NCBI GenBank assembly: GCA_051530055.1
Contig: CM121341.1
Location: forward strand, 5,372,784-5,436,783
DNA: 64,000 bases
Direction: 5' to 3'
DNA from: Neoechinorhynchus agilis
Taxonomy: Eukaryota > Animalia > Acanthocephala
Program-made: the position numbers and the translations under genes
Part shown: positions 49,880-60,725 of the stretch, piece by piece
How positions within the stretch are numbered: position 1 is the first letter of the stretch
Layout: the number at the start of each line of letters is the position of its first letter
Notes under the pieces: model-generated
What the model was told of the DNA's origin: nothing
Database searches by the model: none
The model's input: only the letters and a program-made list of their open reading frames with translations

Positions 49880-50915
49880 GATCTCTGGACGCGGGACCAT
49901 CAATTTCCGAGGTGACTCTTCACCCTGCTGCTCCACGGAGGTTATTTGTCGGAAGGACAAGAGCGAAGTTGCTCTTGTTCTTTTTCATTGTCCTCTCCGC
50001 GTTGATGAGAAGAGTTTCCTTGATCAGAGCCTTCTTTGGAGCCCGTCACCATTTTCACCTTCGTTCCTCCGAAGTCGGTTGTGTGGTCGTTTTGCATGGC
50101 GAAGTTGAAAATGGCCGATGGCGCATCACTCCGTTTGAGTGCGTATTCATGCTTTCTTTTCCAAATACCCTGCTTCGTTTGTCCAATATAAAGACATTGC
50201 CACAGTTTTTGCAGGCTGCAGAGTAGACCACGCAATCGTTGTCCTTGAGTTTCTCCGACTTGAAAACGCTGTTCAAATTCACTCCTGCCTAGTGGTACGG
50301 TATGAGATTCACCGAGCTCGATTTCTTCGCAATGCGAGAGATAAGGTTTCTCATTATTGAAGAAATGTAATGAACTCGGATGAATCTCGTTTTCTTCTCG
50401 CTCGACTTGTCTTTTTTTGTCCTTCTGCATCTGTCAGTGCCTTCTTAATGACGTAGGTTGAGTACTAAAAGCTTCTTAGTTTCCGATCGATGATGCCTTT
50501 GCTCCTTTTTGTCGCATACTTGTTGCTCCCTATTTCTAGCGCTCTCGAGAATAGATTGCAAGCAGCGTTAAACTTAAATCTGCTGGGACCATGACTTTTC
50601 CAGTGAGTTGGGGACTCCACTCTATACCAGGTTCGTGGAATAACGAGGTGGTAATCGACGCTCCGTTTCGTTGTAAGTAGACGTCCAAGAAGCTGATCCG
50701 ACCATTTTTGTCTTTTGGGGGTGATTGTCCACATTATCGACGGGTTTATCGCGTTCAGCTGTTTCTCCAGCTTCATTTTGATAGGGCTCTCGTTTGTAAT
50801 CACGAACACGTCGTCGAAATACCTGAACCAAACCTTGATTTATGGGAACTTCACCAATAGCTCTTTTTCGTATGGTCCCGTGCACACGAGTCCAGGGATC
50901 AAATGAACTCTCCTT
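49880..50915 (-). mobile_element. Decayed Penelope-like element (RT C-terminus plus GIY-YIG endonuclease)
   Basis: WFRYFDDVFVIT..LNAINPSI, CVVYSAACKNC..YIGQTKQ and LIKETLLI. Frameshifted. Flanked by about 140-bp inverted repeats (49770-49908 / 50875-51010). Confidence 0.85.
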
Positions 50916-51077
50916 CTACATGTGATTTTAGATGCTTGATAAGAAGGTTGATGCCTCGAAAATTTGCATGTAAATCTCGAGGAGGGAAAACTCGCCGTAT
51001 AGAGAAAATAAATCTAGAATTTCATGTGCGGGAGTTTGCTCACCAAAATTTAACATAAATAATTCAATCTTCAAACA

Positions 51078-51195
51078 TATAAAGCGAATTGTTGGCGACG
51101 AAGGATTGGACGGTTTTGTGCATGGATCCGGTTTCGGGGAACGCTTCAGCTTCGGGCAACTTCAACTTCTCAGTATGGCTCGTGCAATCATTCGC
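51078..51195 (+). pseudogene. Third copy of an ABCC NBD2 exon fragment
   Basis: taaagcgaattgttggcg..atggctcgtgcaatcattcg, near-identical to 44715-44830. Confidence 0.85.
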
Positions 51196-51534
51196 TCAAA
51201 CAGAAACCATGGATAAAACCTAAATCATATGAAATACAATTGAGCCTTTATTTTTTATTTCCCATCCGTTTTTAACGTACTCCCTCAATCATTTTTATCA
51301 TTTGGCTGCTACCTATAAGCTGAAATTAGGGAATTTTAGTCCTGAATTCTAAGAGCTTCTAGCATGCCGAATTATCAATCTAATGTTTTTTGTTACTTAT
51401 TCCTGATGTGGATTTTAGGATAACGTGAACAATGTTAAAAGTCGACAAAATTCAGCTCATGATGTCTGTAAATGGTCAAAGATGCTCAATGGGACCGGAT
51501 TGTATGCATGCTCATTAAAAAAATGCATTCGTGT

Positions 51535-52950
51535 TCAACAAAGTTCATAGACACTCTTTTTGACGATGTTCAGTCCAAAATATTCATGAAGTTGGTCAGT
51601 CAGTTCTGTTTCGTGATCCGAGAGATTAATAACAAGTCCAGTTCCGTTGATTCGAGCAGCCCGTCCAACTCGATGCAAGTATGTGTCGTAATCAACCTGA
51701 TCGGGCTGCTCATTGAGAGTAGGAATATCGTAATTGATCACTACATTGGTGCCGCTTAGATTAATACCTCTGGACAAAATATTCGTCGTAATAAGAACTC
51801 TCCATAAACATTCTCGGAACTTGTTTAGAGCCGCCATTCTCTCTATAACCGAATTATTTCCAGTTAAAACCCCGACATCTTTAACACCTTGTTGCTCAAA
51901 GTCACATTTAATAAATTGAGCCGACTGACGAGTTCGACAAAATATTACGCATTTGGAAACGACAATTCGTTCAAAGATACAGCGCAATATTTTCAACTTT
52001 TCGTCGCGAGAAGCACACAATATTTCCAAATGCGTCGTCTCAGGATTCATCGACATTTTTCGGTCCAGTGCGAACACTTTTAATTCGTCTGGATATTTGA
52101 CATGCCATTTTACACGTTCAATCACATTTTCTGTGAACGTAGCTGATACAAATAGAAGGGAACATTGATCAGGTAAAGCTTCGATTACTCTAAAACAAAT
52201 CTCATAATGTCCTGGCATCGTTACCATCATGTCGACCTCATCTTTCACAAAGAACGACCTCTTTCCTCACAAGAGACCGTTTTTTGTCATTAAAACTAAA
52301 CATTTCACCATGTCCCATTCGATCAGTTCTTTGGACATTATTTCTTGAATCCGGCCGGAAGTACCAATCAGAATCTCCTTTGATCCGCGATTCTTAGGAG
52401 GCCATTTGTCTGACATCTCATAAACCGCAAGACCGATCAAATTCCTACCTACGCATTGCGCAACATCAGCTATTTGATGAGCCAGTTCAACCGTAGGAAC
52501 CAAGCATAATGCTTGGGATTTTTGTTGCGCTCGTTCGAGAATTCCGAAAATGGGTACCAAATAAGCAAGGGTTTTCCCTGCACCATTCCAAGCCTGAGCG
52601 AGAATGCGAAATGATTTCGGTGATCCAGTACGAATCTCGTTCCAAATCTGCGTTTGAATAGCTGTTGGTCGCCGTATTCCCATTTGCAATAGATTAAAAA
52701 CCACTTGCTCCGAAAACCCAAAACCACTGAGTCCATCATTCATTTCAATGTTCACGTTTTCAATAGTGGCACAATCGCCAACCAACGATGTGGTTTCTAA
52801 AGATTTAGTTAAATGGTCGATCGGCCAATCGCCGTCATCTGCCGGTAAGTGGTGAAGTTGAGGTAAAAACAATTGAGGTATTAGAAACCACGGATCCTCG
52901 TCGGTTTCTTCATATCGATCAGGATTCATGATCGGAATCATCTGAAGCAA
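51535..52950 (-). CDS. DDX19/DDX25 (Dbp5)-like DEAD-box helicase with one 48-nt hairpin insert
   Basis: GIRRPTAIQ, AWNGAGKT, PTVELAHQ, CLVL|DEVDMM, SAT, VIFCRTR, LITTNILSRGIN and YLHRVGR. Confidence 0.88.
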
Positions 52951-53429
52951 CGTGACTTATGGTTATGCGATCAGATCTCGCAGAATCGAAAGTTGAGACC
53001 AATGACGATGTTTAAAGACTTTTTATATGGCGGGAAAAATTGATTTTAGAGGCACAATCTTGTGCCTTCTTTATCAAGGTTGTTTCCCAAGTTCGAAAAA
53101 TGCAGAATATCTTTAAAACAAATTCAAATTTCAAGCTATATAAAAACACTAATACCAATCTACAAAAAAGACGAACGTTCAGTTAATTTGTTAACACTCA
53201 AATGCATGGAGACGCAGATCGATAGCGTCCATTACTAACAAACTGAAGATGACCCCGACGATATTCGAAACGTCTTTAATAAATAATCATTTACCGCGGG
53301 CGTAGACCTAAACAATAATTCCAATAAAGGACGGAAAAAATTCGAAAGAGAATGTTTCCTCTTTCGAACTACTTCCTAATAATAAAAGAATCTTTAATCG
53401 GGATTATGTTAAGATATATTTCGCGAGGT

Positions 53430-53934
53430 ACGTAATTCTATGAACCTTGCTTGGAAGAAGACGAAAAAAAACATTTAAATTGCCATTAAATCAATGACAT
53501 GGCTAACGCTTCCTGGAACGCTTAATGAATCTCTTAAGTTGATTTCCACGCCGAAATCCTTTTTAATAATGCTCAAGCAAAAAATACGGTTAGAAACACC
53601 AGTAACGCTGAGACGATTGGTCGTAAGTATTTGGGAGATATGTTCATTCATAGGGGGTTCCAGATCGAAGCCGTAAAGGAAGAAGAGCGGATACGGAAAT
53701 CAGAAGAAGAGCAGAGACAGACCATGCTTAAGTTTGAAAGCACGAGAATGACTGTTGAAATGTTCAATGAGTGGAATGAAATCGTCAAAAAGTGCGGAGA
53801 TCGCAAGAAGATTGACGGTTATCGAGGAGGAAGATATTGACATTAAGGAAGGCGAAGATCTCATATTCGATGAAGATGGTGATCTTGATGTAGACGAATC
53901 TTTATTTGTTGATGATATCGACGCTTTTGAATGA
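53430..53934 (+). CDS. RWDD1/Gir2-like protein; 5' boundary uncertain
   Basis: YLGDMFI, EEERIRKSEEEQR..TRMTVEMFNEW and acidic tail DVDESLF..DAFE resemble RWDD1. Confidence 0.55.
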
Positions 53935-54513
53935 TTAACTTGATTTGTAATAGTGCGAATCGCTGCTTGATTTTTCCAGGCGCATGTCTCAATTATAATT
54001 TTAATTTGACATTTGTACGACCTACAGATATAATTGATTTATTTGCCTCGCTTTCGCCGTTTTACGGCTTCAACTGGGCAATCTAAAATGTGAGATGGGG
54101 AACACAAACAGGTCACAACATCCACATCGACTCCACTACCTCATCCTCAGTTCATTTCCAATTCGAACCCATCGCCTCTCCCGAAATCAACAGCGCCTCC
54201 GCTATCGCTAAATCCACCGGGTCTCAGGTTCCCGGATAAAACATATTTAATTGAAATATAGTACATTTATTTTGCCGTTCACATGTAAAAAATACTGTGC
54301 AAGTATTCTGTACGAGCTAGAACTACAGTCGAACTTCTTTTTATTCAAATTTTGTACTCAATGCCTTTCGACAGCATGCGAGGTACGCAAAGAGCGTGTC
54401 CAGGAGCCTGAATATCGCCGAAACTGAAATCGGTCGCTTGCTGGACGCGTTTCTTCGAAGCTCGCAGACGCAGCAGTTCGCCTTTTATCATCAATGGACA
54501 GTCTCGCCCTTGC

Positions 54514-55200
54514 ATTGCTTCGGATCGGATTCCCGTTCGAGCACTCAAATGTTTCGACAATGAACTCGAAGCCATTCATGCCGTGGACGATTTAGGTTCG
54601 GTGAGCATGTGTATGCGAAACGGGAGAAGTCTTCAAGTGAGTCCCTTCACAAAGCCGCCAGTGTGTCCTGCAGTGTTCCAATCGTCTTCAAAGTCTCTTC
54701 TTGGCTTTTCTAATAGATTAGAGATTGTGAGTTTGGAAGGACGAGCTGTTCGATTGGCTGCAACGGTTGAGACTAACTTAATTGGTGGCTTTGTTTCCGA
54801 AGCGTCAAAGAAATGGAGAGAAAAGTCACCGTCGACTCTTATTGGTGGTCAGCAAAACCGATATCCGTCCGTAACTGGCCTCTATGCTCACCAAGTTCTT
54901 CCCATTGTCGGGATCGTGGCTGATGGTGGTTGCTTGTCTGTATATGGCAATATAGAGCGAATTGGAGTGTCTTGACAAATCGAAGTGTATATGCATGCGA
55001 GATGGAATCGGGATGATGATTGGAACATACTTTTATATCCTATTATTTTATCACTCAAAAGCTAGCCTCTTAAGCCACTAACCCTTAGGGTTTCATTTTT
55101 TGTTTTAAAAAGAACACTTCACCGGAATATCGTAAAGATTTTGTTTTTCCATTTCGCCAAAGTGTCTAATTTTTACAGAAACAAAATTTGATAAATCATG
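54514..55200 (+). pseudogene. Segmental duplicate of the RPTOR 3' end and flank (copy of 40084-40770), running into the 258-bp satellite
   Basis: Near-identical to 40084 onward. It lacks the extra C found at 40125-40126. Confidence 0.95.
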
Positions 55201-57545
55201 CGGCCAAAAAAATCAAGTAGAATTCGCACAAGAATTTAGGTCTTAAAGATTTTGTTATCGAAAATGGACACCTGGGCGGAATGTTGTAATGAAAGAAAAA
55301 GATCTTCATTTCCGAGAGTTTTACCCGTGCTAAAAACTAACAAGCAATTCCCAAGGAAGCCTTAAGACAGCGGAAGCTCTCGCATATAAAGATTTTCGTT
55401 TTATCATTACAACATCCCGCCAATTGTCCATTTTTTAAAACAAAGTTTGATAAATCATGCGGCCAAAAAAATCAAGTAGAATTCGCACAAGAATTTAGGT
55501 CTTAAAGATTTTGTTATCGAAAATGGACATTTGGGCGGAATGTTGTAATGGAAAAAAGATCTTTATTTCTGAGAGTTTTAGCCGTGCAAAAAACTAACAA
55601 GCGATTCCCAAGAAAGCCGTAAAACAGCGGAAGCTCTCGCATATAAGGATTTTCTTTTTACCACTACAACATTTCGCACAATTGTCCATTTTTTTAAAAA
55701 ATTAGACAAATCATGCGGCCAAAAAAATCAAGTAGAATTCGCACCTGAATTTAGGCCTTAAAGATTTTGTTATCGAAAATGGACATTTGGGCGGAATGTT
55801 GTAATGATAAAGAAAAATATCTTTATTTCTGAGAGTTTTAGCCGTGCAAAAAACTAACAAGCAATTCCCAAGGAAGCCTTAAGACAGCGGAAGCTCTCGC
55901 ATATAAAGATTTTCGTTTTATCATTACAACATCCCGCCAATTGTCCATTTTTTTAAAACAAAGTTTGATAAATCATGCGGCAAAAAAATCAAGTAGAATT
56001 CGCACAAGAATTTAGGTCTTAAAGATTTTGTTATTGAAAATGGACACCTGGGCGGAATGTTGTAATGATAAAGAAAAAGATCTTTATTTCTGAGAGTTTT
56101 ACCCGTGCTAAAAACTAACAAGCAATTCCCAAGGAAGCCTTAAGACAGCGGAAGCTCTCGCATATAAAGATTTTCTTTTTATCATTACAACATCCCGATC
56201 AATTGTCCATTTTTTAAAACAAAATTTGATAAATCATGCGGCCAAAAAAATCAAGTAGAATTCGCACAAGAATTTAGGTCTTAAAGATTTTGTTATCGAA
56301 AATGGAAACCTGGGCGGAATGTTGTAATGATAAAGAAAAAATCTTCATTTCCGAGAGTTTTACCCGTGCTAAAAACTAACAAGCAATTCCCAAGGAAGCC
56401 TTAAGACAGCGGAAGCTCTCGCATATAAAGATTTTCGTTTTATCATTACAACATCCCGATCAATTGTTCATTTTTTAAAACAAAATTTGATAAATCATGC
56501 GGCCAAAAAAATCAAGTAGAATTCGCACAAGAATTTAGGTCTTAAAGATTTTGTTATCGAAAATGGACATTTGAGCGGAATGTTGTAATGATAAAGAAAA
56601 AGATCTTTATTTATGAGAGTATTACCCGTGCTAAAAACTAACAAGCAATTCCCAAGAAAGCCGTAAAACAGCGGAAGCTCTCGCATATAAGGATTTTCTT
56701 TTTATCATTACAACATCCCGATCAATTGTCCATTTTTTAAAACAAAATTTGATAAATCATGCGGCCAAAAAAATCAAGTAGAATTCGCACAAGAATTTAG
56801 GTCTTAAAGATTTTGTTATCGAAAATGGACATTTGGGCGGAATGTTGTAATGGAAAAAAAGATCTTTATTTCTAAGAGTTTTACCCGTGCTAAAAACTAA
56901 CAAGCAATTCCCAAGGAAGCCTTAAGACAGCGGAAGCTCTCGCATATAAAGATTTTCTTTTTATCATTACAACATCCCGATCAATTGTCCATTTTTTAAA
57001 ACAAAATTTGATAAATCATGCGGCCAAAAAATCAAGTAGAATTCGCACAAGAATTTAGGTCTTAAAGATTTTGTTATCGAAAATGGACATTTGGGCGGAA
57101 TGTTGTAATGATAAAGAAAAAGATCTTTATTTCCGAGAGTTTTAGCCGTAGAACGGCAAAAGCTTTAGAATAAAGATTTTTCCTCATCTATGCCATTCCA
57201 CACAAGTGTACGTTTTCGATAACAAAAACTTGAACACCTAAAGTCTTGCTAAATTCTACCTGATTTTCCAGCCGTATGATTAATTTTTTATTATCGAAAA
57301 TGGACACTTGAGCGTGCTGATGCAAGGATAAAAAGAAAATCCTCATTTTCGAGAGTTTTCGCAGTCTTACTGCTACCTTGGGAATTGCTTGTTTGTTTTT
57401 AGCCGTAAGACGCGAAAGCTCTCGGAAATGAAGATTTTCTTTTTATCCTTACAACATCCATCCAAAATGTCCATTTTCGATAAAAAAAACTTGATCAAAT
57501 ATTCGGCTGCAAAAACAAGTAGAATTTCCCAAGACTTTAGGTTTT
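55185..57545. repeat. Second 258-bp satellite array (about 7.5 copies) followed by diverged inverted units
   Basis: Same monomer as 40725-43170. 57150-57290 is a diverged reverse complement of the monomer start. Confidence 0.95.
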
Positions 57546-57944
57546 CATAGTACGACGCACGGCAACTAATGTATGAAAATTCAATAAGCTTCTACAGTCT
57601 CTTAGTTGTTCGCTTAGCATTTTGTTGATTTAAATTATCGTCCATTCCAAACAATGGCATTTTCTTCTTAAAATTCCTCAAAAATATTAGTATTCCATCA
57701 AAACTAAGAGGGAATGAGCAAAAGAATTTTAATTGTACCTCACGAACTATGCTAAAATTATACGTGCTCTCACCGGAGGTAGTGGAGTCCCTAGTCAAGT
57801 CTTTCAAAATAAACGTTTCATGCTCTGAAGCTTACTGAATTTACTTCTAGGGATGTTGATCGAGAGAGCGCCCTAAAAATCGTATGGATCGCCTATGTGT
57901 TGATTTCTCATTCGAAAGCTACGATTTATAGACGCAGTGATCAT

Positions 57945-58180
57945 TTTGTTTGAAGATTGAACTGTTTATATTGGTTGTTTTATATGGCGTAGAGAAATCA
58001 AAATGATTTTGAGTTTAAAACTGCCGATTGGTATCGAAGGCGCACAATCTTGTAAGGCCTTTTGATCAAGATTGTTAAAGCGAATAAAACACTTGCAAAC
58101 AACCTTGATAAAACGAAGGTTTTAAAGATTGTGTGCCATCGAAACCAATCGAAGATTTTAAAATAAAATCATTTTATATC
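57945..58180. mobile_element. Palindromic MITE-like element, same family as 16155-16300
   Basis: tttgaagattgaactgtttatattgg..aaatcaaaatgatttt..cacaatcttg..aagattgtg..taaaataaaatcatttta. Confidence 0.65.
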
Positions 58181-58221
58181 TTGTATTAATATCTTCAGGG
58201 AAAAGATTCTTTTGGTAGTTA

Positions 58222-58362
58222 TCCTCGCCCGGGTTTAAATTCACAGATTAGATTAATTTACATATTTTAGATGTTGTTAAACCTTGTGGAAATGTCAGAA
58301 TTATCCGAGCCATGAAATATCAGGGAAATAAATCTATGAATTTAAATCCGAATGGGGATAAC
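58222..58362. repeat. Small fold-back
   Basis: gttatcctcgcccgggtttaaattcacagatt / aatctatgaatttaaatccgaatggggataac. Confidence 0.65.
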
Positions 58363-58789
58363 AAACGAAAAAAAACATTTCAATTTCTTCGCCAAAAACA
58401 ACCAGTGATCATTTTCCCGGATATTGTTCTATTGAAGATATTTCTCGTCCGAAATACGATTAATAAGACATTTTCAACCGGGAAAATGATCACTACATAA
58501 TCGATTCCATCAATGATTGCATATTTCAACCATTACAGTTTTATTAATTGTCTTTCTTCGTTGTAGCGGTCTCTTAAAGTAAACTTTAAAGTCTATCGCT
58601 TCATTCATTGCTAAATCGATCTTCTGGCTCGATTATGACCCTTTTTTAGATCAGGAAAATGAATTCGCACTTTTTTGGAGATATCGTACGGATATTCCAG
58701 TTTATTGATCAATTATAAAGGATTTATTGAGCTTGTCCATTTATTTCGGGAAAACGATTCATGCTGTAGATGTTTACCAACGTTTTCCT

Positions 58790-60570
58790 GCCCCTACAAA
58801 TTCATAAAAAATCTTTAAAAAAATCAAATAAGACTGAATAATCAGACCAAAAGTATTTAAATGTGAAAACTTCTATTGAAGGCGGAGGTATTATTATTTT
58901 TTCCTTAAATTTGCACTTAAAAAATCTTTAAAAAAAATCAAATGAGACTATGAATAATCAGACCAAAAGTATTTAAATGTGACAACTTTTGTTGAACGCG
59001 GAGGTATTATTATTTTTCCTTAAATTTGCACTTAAAAAATCTTTAAAAAAATCAAATAAGACTATGAATAATCAGACCAAAAGCATTTAAATGTGACAAC
59101 TTTTGTTGAACGCGGAGGTATTATTATTTTTCCTTAAATTTGCACTTAAAAAATCTTTAAAAAATCAAATAAGACTATGAATAATCAGACCAAAAGTATT
59201 TAAATGTGACAACTTTTGTTGAACGCGGAGGTATTATTATTTTTCCTTAAATTTGCACTTAAAAAATCTTTAAAAAAATCAAATAAGACTATGAATAATC
59301 AGACCAAAAGTATTTAAATGTGACAACTTTTGTTGAACGCGGAGGTATTATTATTTTTCCTTAAATTTGCACTTAAAAAATCTTTAAAAAATCAAATAAG
59401 ACTATGAATAATCAGACCAAAAGTATTTAAATGTGACAACTTTTGTTGAACGCGGAGGTATTATTATTTTTCCTTAAATTTGCACTTAAAAATCTTAAAA
59501 AATCAAATAAGACTGAATAATCGACAAAAATTTAAATTGAAACTTTAAAAAATTTCACTTAAAAAATCTTTAAAAAAATCAAATAAGACTATGAATAATC
59601 AGACCAAAAGTATTTAAATGTGACAACTTTTGTTGAACGCGGAGGTATTATTATTTTTCCTTAAATTTGCACTTAAAAAATCTTTAAAAAAATCAAATAA
59701 GACTATGAATAATCAGACCAAAAGTATTTAAATGTGACAACTTTTGTTGAACGCGGAGGTATTATTATTTTTCCTTAAATTTGCACTTAAAAAATCTTTA
59801 AAAAAATCAAATAAGACTATGAATAATCAGACCAAAAGTATTTAAATGTGACAACTTTTGTTGAACGCGGAGGTATTATTATTTTTCCTTAAATTTGCAC
59901 TTAAAAAATCTTTAAAAAAATCAAATAAGACTGAATAATCAGACCAAAAGCATTTAAATGTGACAACTTTTGTTGAACGCGGAGGTATTATTAATTTTTT
60001 CCTTAAATTTGCACTTAAAAATTCATAAAAAATCAAATAAGACTATGAATAATCAGACCAAAAGTATTTAACTGTGACAACTTTTGTTGAACGCGGAGGT
60101 ATTATTATTTTTCCTTAAATTTGCACTTAAAAAATCTTTAAAAAAATCAAATAAGACTGAATAATCAGACCAAAAGTATTTAAATGTGAAAACTTCTATT
60201 GAAGGCGGTATTATTATTTTTCCTTAAATTTGCACTTAAAAATTCATAAAAAATCTTTAAAAAAATCAAATAAGACTATGAATAATCAGACCAAAAGTAT
60301 TTAAATGTGACAACTTTTGTTGAACGCGGAGGTATTATTATTTTTCCTTAAATTTGCATTTAAAAAATCTTTAAAAAAATCAAATGAGACTATGAATAAT
60401 CAGACCAAAAGCATTTAAATGTGAAAACTTTTGTTGAACGCGGAGGTATTATTAATTTTTTCTTTAAATTTGCACTTACAAATTCATAAAAAATGAAGTA
60501 AGACCATGAATAATCAGATTAAAAGTATTTAACTGTGACAACTTTTGTTGTTCGCAGAGGTATTATTAAT
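58790..60570. repeat. Satellite, about 118-bp monomer, about 15 copies
   Basis: Repeated gactatgaataatcagaccaaaagtatttaaatgtgacaacttttgttgaacgcggagg. Confidence 0.97.
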
Positions 60571-60725
60571 TTTTTAACACTTACTATGAAGAATCGAACG
60601 CTGAGAACGAGAATTTTTTTTTGGTATTGGTTATCATTTTTATTCTTAGACCTTATTATTGGCTCGTTTATCGATGCAATTTCAGATTTAATTCAAGTTC
60701 AATATTAACCAGCCTATCAAATCAC

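Noticed and set aside
49897-49925. Hammerhead remnant at the Penelope 3' end (gtgaagagtcacctcggaaa, minus strand)
   Set aside because: The position is suggestive, but the core is mutated and no stem I pairing was found.
54345-54579. ORFs spanning the 54514 junction
   Set aside because: They are chimeric frames across a duplication breakpoint, with no recognisable family.
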